From Caecitellus pseudoparvulus (taxonomy: Eukaryota; Protista; Bigyra: Bicosoecida): DNA of 64,000 bases. This document shows, in pieces, positions 38,582 to 51,900 of this stretch. A model generated the notes under the pieces. The model searched no databases. It was not told the DNA's origin and was given only the letters and a program-made list of their open reading frames with translations. Numbering within the stretch: position 1 is the stretch's first letter; each line of letters begins with the position of its first letter. The translations under genes were made by a program, and so were the position numbers. Location of the stretch: positions 124,001 to 188,000 of the forward strand of contig CBFFRQ010000067.1 of NCBI GenBank assembly GCA_965644315.1. Reading direction: 5' to 3'.

Positions 38582-41485
38582 ATGCAAGGCCATGGCGTGT
38601 CGGCTGTGCGGGCGCACAGCCCACAGGCCCCTCCAGGGCGCCTGCTAGCCCCCCTGCCGCTGCGTGCGACACCAGCCGCCCTCGGCAGCGAAGAGGCCTC
38701 GCCTGCTCACAAGCCCAGCGCAGAGGGCGCGGCGAGGGAGGAGTGGGCAGGCCCCGGCGCGGCACACAGCAGGTCTTTTTCGCCTTTCCAGCCTTCCGCC
38801 TCGCCAGCTAGCTCGCTGTCTCTTGCGGCGCCCGCCTTGCAGCGGGCAAAGCTGGCGGCTCCAGAAGCTAAGGCAGAGGGGGAGGGAAGCGCCCCCCCTC
38901 CCGGCGCCCAGAGCCCCGTGCAGGCCAGCGGCAGTGGGCAGCGCTTTATCATCGGCAACGACCCGTCTGAGTTGCTGACAGCGACGCTGTGCGTGTGCGG
39001 CGCTGCCAGAGGCGGCTGCCTGCCGAGTTGCCTTGCACCTGCATTTTTCCGCACGCGCTCCCGCCGCCCCCTCGCAGACGCCACGCCATGCACTTGAAGT
39101 GGCTGTCACTGTGGCTGGGCTTGCTGGCCGTGGCAGGTGTGGCACTGGACTACGCGTACTCCGTGACCTGGTGGCGTTTCAGCGTTTCCGTCGGTGCCAC
39201 CGTGTCCCACAACGTCACCTTCGACCGGCAGGAAGCCTTCTCAGCAGCCGATTGGGCACCATGGCCACAGGTGCGTACCCACACGGGCACGTGCTGCCAG
39301 CAGGGCACTCGCCCGTCTGCAGCACCCACCTTCCTGCCTGTGTCTCGTTGTGACCCCTGCGCAGTCTTTCATGTTTTGGTACGCCGCTCTGCACCACGGG
39401 TGGGGCGGCGCTGTGGCGTCCTTTGCCGCTGGGCCACTGCTGTGGCTGCACTTTTCAGGCGGGCGTTGGGTGCGCTGGGACCGTGCCGTGGCCATGCTGA
39501 CGTGTGGGGGAGTCACAGGCACCCTCGTCTTCGGCGGTTTCCTCGCGTACTTCTCCACGCTGCCTCGCGGGGCCATCACGCCCGCCCTCCGAGCGGCGTA
39601 CTTGGGCCTGGCATTTTTCTCCCAGGCACTGCCGTCCCTCGTCTCAGCCCTCATCAGCAAGCCCCTGCTGCAGGGCACTATGCGGTTCCCCATCGCCTTC
39701 AGCGTCGGCACCACCCTGATTTCAATCATCTGCGGCTACGTCCTCCTCGTCGTCGTCATCCCAGCCTTCGCAGTGGCAGGGGAGGTGGGCCGCATCACCT
39801 TGCGCATCCTCGCTCTGCCCCTGCTCAACGAAGTGTGCTCAGGAGCCATCCGCGTGTTAGGGTACACCTGGTTGTCCCCATCCCTGCCCGCGGACTGGGT
39901 GCTTGTGCCCAGCAGCACCCTGGTGCTGTTCATGGCCATGGCAGGGCGCTTCCTGTCCACCAACATGCACACCGTCAGCGGCACCATCGCCGTGTCCCTG
40001 CTGCTGGCTGTGGTGGAGCTGGGCATGCGAGGAACCATGCCTTGGCGTGACGCCGCCTACACGCGACTCCTGTGCCATCCGGGCTGCTGCAGGCCCCCCG
40101 CCGCCACCCACCGTGCCCGCCGCGCCCACCTCAAGGCGTGGACAGGCTTCATGCAGCTGGAGACGGTGGCAGAGGACGTGGGCATTCTCTTCTCCCTCGC
40201 CATTGCCCTATTGCTGCGCATTCCCCCCACACCGGGTGCCGCCCCGCTCACCGTGTCGGAGGTCGCACTGCGGGTGGCCGTGCAGTACGCCATCGAGCTG
40301 CTGACGGACATTGGCTTCGCACTGGCACACTACACACTGGTCACGTGCTGTGGTGTGCGGTATGGGAGGGTGACTGCTCCTCAACTCCAGGCCGCGCTGG
40401 CCCCGCGCCCGCCCAAGAAACGGGTGGGTGCCCTGGTTCCCAAGCTGGTTGCTGGGCCAGTGCTGCACTCACCCCCGCCACGACAGGCGACACTGCGATC
40501 CGCAAGCGACAGCATCGACGCACCTCCACTTCTGGATGATTCTGCGGCGCAATTGACGTCTGAGCCAAGCGTGTCGCATTCGGCCGTGGCTGTGCGACCC
40601 GACCGCGCCCCAACACTGTCCACGACCCCTCTGCCGCCCATCTGGCGAGGCCGCATGCGCGCAGGCAGCTCCTTCTCAGCGTACTCGCCCTCCCCCACAC
40701 CACCACTGGGCTCGCCACTCTCCGAGCCATGCGCGCTCAAACCCTCCCCCTCACCAGGCGGCAAAGGAAGCAGCGGGGGTGCGCACACTCCCCGTGATGT
40801 GGAGCACGACGCACCATCCACCCAACCCCCCCCTACGCCAGAAACCCCCGAGCCAGAGCCGTGCTGTGGGTCCTGGGCAGGTTTCTGGTCCTGCCCCGCG
40901 GTTCCGTGCGTGTTCTCGCCGGACAGTCCGGAAGTGCAAGCTGCGCGGCGCCGCATCGCCGCCCTGGCCCATGCGGAGATGCAGCAGGAAATGGAGGCAG
41001 TGTGGGAGCCCGTGTCCTTCTCGGAGCTGCTAGCACTGTCCAAGGCACGCAACTCCACGGCGGCACCCTCCTCAAGCCGCAGACCTGAGCAGCCGCGCGA
41101 GGTGTCTCCCCCCCCCCTCGCACCCCAGCATGCGACTGCACTGCCCGTCCCCGGACGACACATGCCAGACGGCAGGTACCTGGTTGCGCCCACTGCCGTG
41201 CGTGGCAGGCGGCAGGTGGTGGCGCCATCAGACCCCTTCTCTCGCCCACCCTCGCAGCCGTTTGACAGGGCGCTGCTCGTGCTGGCTGTACACGCTGAGC
41301 TCATGGCTGTGCGGATTCTGAGGGCGTGGGAGACACGGCACTTCTTCTGGCTGCCAGTCATCGCCGTGGCAGCGCTGGGGGGCGGCCTCTTCATCAGTCG
41401 GGCGTACCTGGGCACCAACCAGTGTGTCTTCGGCGACCCGCACGACGCCTCCACATGGATGTACGACGTCTGCACGCCCCAGTGA
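38582..41485 (+). CDS. Multi-pass membrane protein of unknown function, 2 introns (~38989-39077, ~39271-39364)
   Basis: About 9-10 hydrophobic segments and a large Pro/Ser-rich loop before the last TM segment. Frames join through GT-AG introns. Confidence 0.65.
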
Positions 41486-41833
41486 GCGCCACATCAGCCA
41501 GTGTGGTCCATGCGGACAATTTATTTGCTTGCTTTGGGCCGGCACACTGGCCGCGTCGCCGTGCTCTCGCGTCACCACTGCAGTCTATGCTGCCGCGCCA
41601 CAGATGGGCAGCGCCAGTGCTGCGCTTCATATTTGAGGTGTCTGCTCCGAAGGCTCCCCGCGTCCCACTTGCATTTCCGGCCAGAATTCAATCCATCGCA
41701 GCAAATTTCCTGCACGTTCTTCCATGGTGCTTGGGCACCAAGGGGACCAGCGGAAGTTGCGCCCACGTCAAGCGAGGCTGCAATGCTGGGGTCACAGTGG
41801 CCTCAAATTCCGCAGCGGGGAAAAGTCCCCGGC

Positions 41834-44800
41834 ATGGGGCGCACCATGAGGGCAGCCCTGCTTGCCGCTTTGGCCTGCGCGTCCCTCACGCACGCCACGC
41901 CCGCAACCAGCGTCGAGCTGAGCAAAACCGTCATTTCCCCCGTGGAGGGCGGCGAGCCTGTGACACTCACCGTCACGATTCGAGACGTGGACTTCGTGGC
42001 TGGCGCGGCATACAACGCGAGCGATGTGCTGTTCATGACCTTGCTCAGCAACGCGTACCGCCTCAACGTCGGCCAGCTCATGGGCAACGCCGTGGACGCT
42101 GCACGGTTCCCCCTGTACGTCACCAGCATCGTGGCCAGCGCGGGCGTGGCCGTCGTGAATGTCGTGTTCAACTCCACCATTGCGGACATGGAGGGGATCC
42201 ACGAGGAGACAGACATAGCGGGGTCCCGCCTGTGGTCCCCCAACAAGTACCGCGTGAACGTATGGGGCGGCTCAGACGCCGCCTCCCACATCCGCGCTGA
42301 CAACCCGACGCGGTCCCTGGACATTGAACTGTGGGACGCGCCAGAGTGCGTGCCGTGCAGTGCACCACGCCAGCACCCGCCCTGCCTGACACGTCGCTTT
42401 TCGTGCTCCTCGCAGTCCCTTCATCGGCGGTGCTTGGGGCATGCGACCCAACAGCTTCGTCTTCGAGCGCGCGTCGCTGGGCATTGCCGACATCATGGCG
42501 TATGACCAGGACTATCAGTCAGGCGCCAATCTGGGCCATGTGAACGGTCCCCCCACCAGCCGGGTGCGGACTGTCAGTGGGCTGTTGGCAGAGCCAGCGG
42601 AGCCGGGAGGTGAAGCCCTGATCCGCTTTGGAGTGACCCCCCTCGTCATCGTCAAGAGCCAGTCGGCGCAGGCCAGCTGCTACGTGCACGCACCCAGTGT
42701 CGCAGAGTTGCTGGAGCGCGACCCTTCTCTCTACTGCTTGGCGGGCGACGGGGGCAACTGCACCTGCCTGCTGCACGGAAACACCTTGTGTACGGGGCAG
42801 CCCCGCCCAGGCGTCGAGGTGAGCTTCATCGTCGACTTCATCAACCCAGACGGGGAGGTGGGCAGCTTCGGACCCCACAACTTCACAGTCGTCGGCATTG
42901 AATCGTGCGTATCGTGTGCGCCACTGCGGCCCCCTGCTGTGGAACAACGGGTGCAGTCGCACCCTCTCAACAACGCACACCCCCCCGCCCCACAGCAAGG
43001 TGACTGGGAGCCGAGTCGTTGCTCCATTTCCGCCGGTCGTGGGCAGGAACTCGTCAGCGCCCACTGCTGTCGTGCGCTGGGATGATGGACGAGTCGTTGG
43101 TGCGGAGCAGCCAGGCTTGCCCCGTGTGCGGGCGCTGGGCAGTGCTGCGGTGCTGAACGGGCATGCCCACCGTCTGAATGCCAGCTTGCTGAACATCTCC
43201 GTGCTCCAGACGCACATTGGCTTCCGGTACTCGGAGCACACCTTGCGCGTGCAGAGCCTGGACTACAACCACACAGCTGCTCTGGTGAATGGGACTGCTC
43301 AGGAGTCACAAGAGGCAGTCACCATTCCCTTGGCTGTGGAGTACGATGGCGGCTCCTCGTCATGGCACCTTTTCCCCCTGTACCTGGACTTGGTCATCGT
43401 GCCAGACACGTTCAGCCTTCTTGCAGAAGGGGCGGGTGCCGAGGGCGGAGCTGGCTCGAACAGCTCAACTGGCGCAGGGGGCGGGGGCGGTGGCACGCCG
43501 GGAACTGTGACAAACAGCACGGGAGGGGGTGGACCAGCGATGGGAAACGACACTGCAGGTAGTGCAGCTGGGACTGGCGCGCCGTCGTTGGGGTGAGTCA
43601 GCACAATTCGCGCCCAGGCGCCGAGTCAAGCGCGGTCACCGAACCACCCCTTCTGCCTCGCAGGTCGGCGTACGAGCTGGATCTGGGTTCTTTTGGCGTA
43701 GTACCAGTGCTGGAGGGACAAACTTTGCCACCAGCGATGTTCACCTTGACGCATGCATCCTTGAACAGCTCGTCTGCAGTGTCCATCCAGCTTCGGGCAG
43801 TAGACGCCAGCGCAGTTCTGAACTCCCACCTGACCCCCTCCGGGTCGGACACCTTGCTGCCCATCACGGTGCAGCTGGCCCATCGGGGGGAGGGGTGGGC
43901 AAACTTCACGGCTGAAGTTGGAAGCATGGACTTCGAGGCAGTGACATCGGTACTGGGGTGGACGACCCGGCGCAGTAACTCCGTGCGCCTGCACCTTCAA
44001 GTTGAAGCTCTGCAGGACGCAGCTGAAGTGGCCACGGCGCTGTGGATTGTAGACCTCCAAGATGTGGATGAGTGCGTGCTGTTCCAGCTCGTGCGTGCAG
44101 CAAACTTCGAACAGCAGCCATCCTCTGCCGCGTTTCGCAGGCCGGTGCAGGACGCTCGTTGGGTGGAGCCTTGTGAACTCGCGGTGACAGAGGGTGCCGA
44201 GTCTCAGGCATGCCTGGCTCAGTTCTTCGACGATGATGTGTGGGACGCACAGCCAGAGACAGCTCCTTCTCTTCTTGTCGGCGCAAACACGTCCATGGCG
44301 ATCCTCAACGCTCCGCCAGGCAGAAGCCTGGACCCGGCTCTGGTCAACACTTCCACTCGCCTGGTGGCTGCCTTCCCCCGTGCAGCGGTGTACAGCATAC
44401 GCGTACACGAATTTAACTTCCGTGTGGTGTCTATGTTGCTTGGGCAGCCGTCTGGGCGTCGGGAGGTGACTGTGCAGCTCCAAGTGGGCGCAGCGGACCC
44501 GACGCGCAACGAAACGCAACTCTGGTTGCCATTCACCGCAGTTCTGCGAGCAGGGCCCAACACGACTCTCGAAAGGTGAGTGACATTGCGCCCTTTATCG
44601 TACTTCAGGGCAAGGGCTCACTGCGCACGTTATTCGATGCACCTTTTTCGCAGCGAGTTGGATGGTCCCACTGCGTCGCCGAGCCCGCAGCCTGACCCGC
44701 CAGGAGAGGACAAGCCTCCCTTCCTCAGCATTGCATTCATCATCCTCGCCATATGCCTGGGTGGGGTCATCCTCCTGTGGCTAGGAAGTGACTCGTGCTC

Positions 44801-45068
44801 TCACTCGCAGGAGGGTAGCGCCGCACAAGCTGACCTGGGCGGCCCGAGTGACGCGAGCGTAGAATCCATGCCCGGCATGTGGAGCAACCCCATGCAGGCT
44901 CCAGGGCCGGCCAGTCCCGGGACAGTGAGGATCATTGTGGACGACGTGCCCACTTCCCCTTCACAGGGGGGCGCGGCAGCGGCGGGGGGTGCCGCGCACG
45001 GCGAGGCAAAAGCGATTGCGACTGCCTCAGCTGCAAGTCCTCCCCCCCGTCAACCATCGTCAGCTTGA
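41834..45068 (+). CDS. Large type-I surface glycoprotein of unknown function, about 4 introns
   Basis: Signal peptide MRAALLAALACASLTHA, beta-rich ectodomain with many NxS/T sequons, TM segment IAFIILAICLGGVILLWL. The ORF pieces are joined by GT-AG introns. Confidence 0.65.
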
Positions 45069-46317
45069 TCTGCGCCGCTGGGGGACACAGCAAGCGTATC
45101 AGGCAGCCACGATTCCAGCCAGGGGTGCATGGCAGGTCGAGCAGCGGCTGTTGTGTACACGTGTGCGGTCGCACCAGACGACCTGCACTGCACGCCATTG
45201 TCGGTGCTGCGAACTGGCGTGTCCACTGCGCCTTTGTCGGCCACCCAGTTCACAATGCGGCCACCAGGCGGGCCAGAGCCCTGCCCCAGTGCCCACTCCT
45301 TCACACCTGCTGGGAGCTGCCGAGCCATGGAGTTGGCGTCTGTCAGCGCCACTGCGCGCAAATTCCGCAGCAGAGCCGGCCCTCGGTGTTCCAGCAGGGC
45401 ACGCGTGCAATGGCCGCCGTTGGAGTGGGCCAGGATGAGCAGTGGGCAGGTCAAGTGCGCCAAGTACGTGTCCCAGACGAGCAGGGTGTGGTCCTGTCAA
45501 ATGGCAGGAAAGGGGGCGTGAGAGGGGGATGCATGCTGCGCTGCCAATGCAAGAGTCACGCACAGCGTAGGAGGCCGCTGAAGGGATGGCGGTGCCGACG
45601 GGATGCAAATCGTGCCTGTAGCCATCGCCCTCCTCCACGTGCCGCTGATTGGGGTTGAACACCACCACCCCCAGGCCCCGCTGCCTGTGTGTAAAGGATG
45701 CACATCTCAATTGTGGGAGCAGTGGCCCGCTGCACATGCCTGCACGACATACAGTGCCCAGTCAATATCTGGCAGCATGCTGCCTGCGTTGATGTTGTCA
45801 TTCACAGCCACGGAGCGAGCCCACATGCCTGGTCTGTGGGGCAGTGGCTGGGCGCCTGCGGCAACGCGGTGAGGCATGCGGCAGGCGGCACGCACCGAAC
45901 AGCGCCGAGGCCCTGAATGAGCAGCAGAACCGCGGGCGAAGAGGAGAGGTCTGGCGTGGCAAATATCGTGGAGTAGGGCTCCTTGGACCCCTTGGCGCCT
46001 AGCACTGGCAGCCGGCACAGCCCGCGCTGCAACATGGCGTGTTGGACCCAGCCCGTCACAGCGCCAGCAACGCCAGCGAAGTGGCTGTCTCCCTGGAACT
46101 TGAAGGGCTTGCCGTCAGGAACATGCTCCAGGGCCGTTGTGTCAGCGTTTACTACGTAGGAATGCTCGCGCTCAAGGCGGTCTTTGCCGTCCACGATCCA
46201 CAGCGCGTCCTCTTGAATGAGGGGATCGGGGGCGATTTCCGCACCTGCCGCGGAGCTCTTGGCCTCTGCTGCCGCCATGAGAGCAGCCAGGCACCAGAGA
46301 TAGCGCAGGCAGCTCAT
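45050..46317 (-). CDS. FAM172A: FAM172A/ARB2A-like Arb2-domain alpha/beta-hydrolase-fold protein, 3 introns
   Basis: IFATPD..LLLIQGLGAVRPGMWAR...GSMLP, GVVVFNPN, VWD, LAHSNGG, AVALTDA, NWV, SSG..H. Confidence 0.8.
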
Positions 46318-46705
46318 GCACGGAAGAGTTTGAATTTAGTATACGAGTTCTTTGAGTAGCAAGTTGTTTGTATCTCAGTTTTGCGTTGGCGTCCACGACT
46401 GCGTCTGAATTTGCCTCCTGCGGTGTAGACAGGGAAACCGTCTGCGAGAGGAGCGCATTCCTACACCGCACGAAATCCACTCCATATCCAGCTCAAACCG
46501 AACGTGCGCGCATCCCTGAGGCACGCTTGTTTGCCCTCGAGCTCGTTGCTGAGGTGCAACGTGCACTAATCGCCCTATCCGACCCAGGTAGCCTTCGTGG
46601 CAGGCAGCCGCACGCCGAGGTGAGCACAGTGCAACGAGCCACACAGGGACCAGGGGGTATGGAGATGGCGTCACACGTGCCTTCCCTTCACCTCAATAAC
46701 CATGC

Positions 46706-48752
46706 TCAGACTGATCCCCCTTCCGCCGCTGCGGCACTGCCTGCCCCAGCCAACGCTGACGCAGCGGCCGCTGCCCCGCCCAGCATCACAGCAATGGCCA
46801 CTGCACCCGGATCCCGGGTCTGCCTCACAGCCTCTGCGCCGCCCTCAGTGGCGTACACTCCTCGCCCCAGCTGCACGGCCATGGCCCCCGTCCCTTCCGC
46901 CCCAGCCGCTGCCGCATCCGCCGCAGCCTGCAGCACAGCAGGCAAGTCCAGCGCGTGAGCCCCCTTCGTCCCCTGCACCGCTCCTTGCGCAGCAGCTGCA
47001 GCAGGGTGCAGTGCGTCTACGAGCGTGCACATTCCCGGCTGGGCCCCACCGTGCACCTGCACTGCACTGCACATGGCAGTCAGTGCATCGGGGAGACCAC
47101 CGCCCTGCAGCACAGCAGTGCCAGCGGCAGCCACGCCCAGGGCCAGTAAGATGCCGAGTGTTCCGCCCATGAAACGAGAACACACTGTGCTCAGTGCCGC
47201 CAGCACCTGGCCGGGCCCGGCCTTTGCCCGGCTGGCGAGAGGCCCAGAGCAGAAATGCAAGGAGGCTTCAGGCAGCTCAGACGTGACGTCAGGCGGGGCC
47301 TTTCCGGTCACAGCAGAGAGGAGGGCCAGTGCTGCGAGGGCTCCCTTCCGCAGGGTGGACCCCGTGTCCCCGTCTGCCAGCACTGCATCCAGCGCGTTCA
47401 GCGAGGCAGCACTGTCGGCAGCGGCCATCAGCGCCCCCTGCAGCACACTGCACATGGTGCGCATGGTGGCGGACAACGGAATAGTTGCTGACTCACCACC
47501 CTCGACGGTCTCGGCCGCCTCTCCTGAGCTACTGAGAGTCAGGGATGGCGGAAGGGCGGTTCGGGCGGGTTGAGCGAGGGGTGTGTGGGCTCCGGGCCAC
47601 GCCGCGCACTGTGTCTCGGCGTCCAGGGCAGCCAAAGTACTCTCATCAGCAGGCATGAGGGTGACGCTGACGCCGCGCATGTCCAGCGCAGTCATGAGGG
47701 GCCCCTGCACCCACCGCACCACGCGCCAGCCAGCTCGGGCAATTTCCGCAGCCACGTCCTTGGCCAAAGCTGACACGTGAAGGGCCGCGACGCCGCCCAG
47801 GTTGTTCAGCAGCACCACCAGCCCATGCTCTGCCGCAGCTGCAGCCCATGCAGGCGAGTCCTCAGCCTTGCGTTGACGGATGCCGTCGACACAGGTGGCC
47901 GCCACATCCCGCGCGGTCATGCCGGTGACTTGGGCCTTGCCAGGCTCGCCGTGAATGCCCAGACCCACCTCAAAGGTGCCCACTGCATCCAGGCGTGGAT
48001 CATGGGACCGTCCGGGCACGGAGCAAGTGGAGGTGGCGACGCCCAGTGTGGCCACTGCAGCAGCGGCACGTTCTGCAGCCGCAGCCACCTCCTCCAGCGA
48101 CCCGCCCGCCTCGGCCACAGCCCCGGCCACTTTGTGCACCAGGACCGTGCCAGCGACACCCCTGCGCCCTGTGGCCCCTGCACCTTTCAGGGCACAGTCG
48201 TCTGCCACCACCACTGTGCGTGTGGGGATGCCTGCGGCACGTGCTCGCTCCGCTGCCAGCCCGAAGTTCAACCTGTCCCCGCCGTAGTTCTTGATGATGA
48301 GGCAGACGCCAGGGTGCCCTGGCGCACTGCCTGCCGGCGCCGGGGCGGTGGCTGCACCATCTGCATCTGGTCCCTGGCCTGGCCCGGCCACTGCGTGGAT
48401 GGCAGCGGTCACAGCGTCCACAGACGGCGATGCGAAGACGTCGCCGCATACTGCCGCCGTGAGCATGCCCCGCCCCACCCAGCCTGCGTGAGAGGGCTCG
48501 TGCCCAGACCCTCCCCCGGAAATGAGGGCCACCTTCCCACAGGCAGGGCCCCAATCCTTGCGCAGGACGACCTTGATGTCCTGTGGATGGCGGGCGCGGC
48601 GGTGTCGTGTGGCGGCCAGGCACGTCTAGCTGACCCTCGCAGCGCACCTGCTCCAGAGCATCCAGCAATGCCAGCTCAGGGTGCATCATGACAAAGCCTT
48701 CTAGAGCATCGTGCACGATGCTGGTGGCGTCATTCATAATCAGGGTCGCCAT
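46706..48752 (-). CDS. TKFC: Dihydroxyacetone kinase / triokinase-FMN cyclase (DAK1+DAK2 domains), 1 intron
   Basis: LISGGGSGHEP, GDVFASPS, KNYGGDRLNFG, GRRGVAG, GLGIHGEPG, DGDTG, MGGTLG, TLVDAL, DPGA. Confidence 0.93.
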
Positions 48753-48783
48753 GGCCGATGCGAGGGTGGGCGAAAGGCGCTGT

Positions 48784-48793
48784 GCGGAAATTG
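48784..48793. promoter_or_regulatory. GCGGAAATTG motif upstream of DAK/TKFC
   Basis: About 30 nt upstream of the ATG at 48752. Confidence 0.5.
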
Positions 48794-48940
48794 CAACTCC
48801 ACTCGGCCTGGCCTACTGCGCCGGCCTGGACGGCAAGGTAGGGAGCGGGAAGACACGCAACTGAAGCAAGTGGACGTGCCATTTAAGTCACCATGACTAG
48901 ATTGGATTGTCACAAGAGTTCTCCTGCTGCAACCCACTGC

Positions 48941-51900
48941 CTACAAGGCGAAGCCCTGCAAGTTCCCTCGAGGGGAGCGGGCTGGACTGGGCAGGCTCGG
49001 GTCGTCACGTGCGACGGGGTCGTTCGCCAGACTGGCCTCGGCCGACCGCTGGCCTGCCTCCCGTGCAGACATTGCGGCGCCCTGCCACTGCAACGCAGCA
49101 CCCGCTGTGCTCTTGCCAGACGGCGGAGTCAACAGGTCCAGCCGCACACCTGCCGCCGCCTCGTCTGCCGCCAAGTTCCGGCGCCGCTCGCTGGGGCGCA
49201 GGGCCTGCACCTGGCTTAGCAGCGTGCTGTCTTCCAGGTCGTCCACCCCGCCGTCGTAATACGTACTGGCATGCGGCGTGGAGTGACCCCACCCGTCACC
49301 CTCCTTCAACACTTTCATGAGGTGCGTTGTCGGTGTGCTGTACGCTCGCGTCCCAAGACGTGGTGAGAGAGCAGCAGCAGCAGGGGTGGCACCCGGCGAG
49401 GGTGGGCCCATACCTGCCGGCACTGTGTCATGTCCCACGTGCAGAGGTTTGAACGGCAGTGGAACTGCCAACTCAGGCGCGGCGTTTCCCGTGTAACGCT
49501 GGAAGTCCCCAGTGCCCTCCCAGTCCTGGCGCCAGCGAGGGTACCACGCCTCCTTCTGGATGGTGGGTGCAGAGCCCAGCGGCACGCCTTCAGCCTGGGC
49601 TTTGGTTGCCGACCCCGCCCCACCACCCCCTGCCATGCCGAACACCCCCCGAATGCCCCCCCACAGTGACTTGCTCTTGGGGGCCGGTGCAGGGGAGGCG
49701 GCGGCCGCAGGTGGCGGAGTCGCAGGCTTGGGGGGGGCTGCCGCGTCACTGGCTGGCTTGCGCCCGAACCAAGCTGCCACACGGGCTGCAACGCCAGGCT
49801 TGTGAGGGGTTGCCTGTGACGCCGAGGAGGTGTCAGCCCCCCCTGCGGCAGGCACAGGTGCAGGGACATGCGCAGTTGGTGTTTCTGCTTGCATCGCCGA
49901 GGCTGGCGGTGATGCGTCAGCGGGCGGCGTGTCCTCTGTGATGGGCGGCGTTTCAGCCCACCGCACGCTCGTCTTGCGTTTCGCACCGTCGGCGGACGCT
50001 TTGGGAGTCTGCACAGGGCCCATAATGACGCCGTCAGGGCCCAGCCAGTCATGGTCCAGCTGTTCCTGAGTCAAGTTTGACACTGTCCTCCCTCGGGTCC
50101 GGGGGCTGCCCAGCCCGCTACCGCTGCCGTCGCTCACGCCACGCATTGGCGGAGTGAAGGCATCGCTCTCCTCACTCACCTCTCGCCCAGGGGACAGGGT
50201 GTACCAGGGTTTCGCAGGCGCCACTTGTGTTTCTGTGCCAGTTCTTGGGTCATCCTGGGGGGTCGTCTCTGGCACAGGTGGCATGGCTCGCTGCGTTGCA
50301 GTGGGTTCAGCGGCCAAGATCGGGCTAGGCGCGACCTGCTCGGACTGAGGCAGCGGAACTTGGGAAGGCAGGGGTGGTGGTGCAGGCAGTGGCTGTGCCA
50401 GGCCGGCTGCTCCTGCTTCAATGTGCTGTGCGTGGCGTGCAGCGCCAGCGGCTGACTGGCTGTCCTTGCCCGCGTTGTAATTCCGCAGGGCAGGTGGTGG
50501 AGCCCCTTTGGCAGAAGCCGCTGCAGTGGCCAGGGCCAGTCCACGCAGGCTTGAAGAGTGCAGTGTCTGGCATCGTTCATCGTGCTTTGCCTGTTGGTAC
50601 TTGGGCAGGTTGAAGGCGGGGCGGAAGACTTGTTGCAGGGCTGCTTTCTGCGACGTGCTCCGCTGCAGTGGAAGTGAGCTGTGCTGTCGCTCAGGCGTAG
50701 GCGGTGCAGCCTGTACGTGCGGTGCCGCGGCAGACAAGCTGGGCTCTGCACTGGTGTCTGGGCCTTGTGAGGGGGCGCCTTCCCTTGTTTGGGGTGGTGT
50801 TTGCTCCTGCACGGGTGACTCCTGCAGTGTCCTCAGCCGCAGGAGCGTGTTTGCAACCGCTGGGAAACCCGCACCACTGCCGTGCAGTGCAGGCAGCACT
50901 GGGGCAGGCGATGGCTTGGGCTGGCGCTGGTGGGGTGGTAGTCGGTGGGCAGCACTTCGACTTGACAGCTGATGCGCAGGTGATGTGTGCTGCCTGCCGG
51001 GAGAGTGCGGTTCAGGTGGCGGCACCCAGTCGCCCTCCTCTGAGCTGCCGTCGTCCGAGTCAACGTCCAAGCCAGGAGTCGTTGCGCGGAAGTGGGATGT
51101 GTCCCGTTCGTCTCCATGGAACGCCATGCGTCTGCGCGCTGCGTCGCCCACGGACTGCAACGCACGAAGGCGCGCCGTGACGTGTCGCGTGTACTCCTTC
51201 AAATCCTGCTGCGCCTGCCGCAGCTGCACCCGTGTGGGGCGCCGCGGCAGCAGCACTGTGATGACAGGCTCCCCTGTCTGTGCGTGAAACGCACGAGCTG
51301 CCGCTGCGCTGTTGGGCTCTGCCTCCTCCACCTCCACTTCCTCTGGGGTGCTTGAGAGTGTGCGGTTTTCACCAGACCGCGTGGGCACTGCTCCTGCAGG
51401 CTTGTGGGGGCGAGGCCTGGTGCGGTCTGCGCTCTCGCTGACTTCAATGTCACCGTCGGGCGTGGAGACGACGGTGCCGCCCCCTGAGCCAGCCCGTCGG
51501 GGGGGTGACCGCAGCCGAGCCACCAAGGCCCCCACGAACCCAGCATGGTCTGCTGCGACCTGTGGAGTGTTGGCACTGCCCGACGGGGGGCGGTGAGGGG
51601 GGCCCACCTGCCCTCCAAGCAGCTCAAGCAGGGCGCTGGCGTTGTCCCGTGCTGCCCGCGCCAGGGAGTGACTCGCGGCGAAGTCGCCTGTGCGGTGGGC
51701 CATAGGCGGCTGGCCCGGTGATCTGCCGGGGCGTGGCTGCAGGAGCTGGCTGGACGCCTCTGCCAAGCGGTGCACGAGCATTTTCCGCAGCGAGTCCACG
51801 TGGCGTTGCTGCAGCTGCACCTCTGCCAGCGCTGCTTCGGCTGCCACGCGGTCAGCGCTGGCTTGGCGGGCGGCGCGTTGGCCAGCAGACCGCTCGCGAA

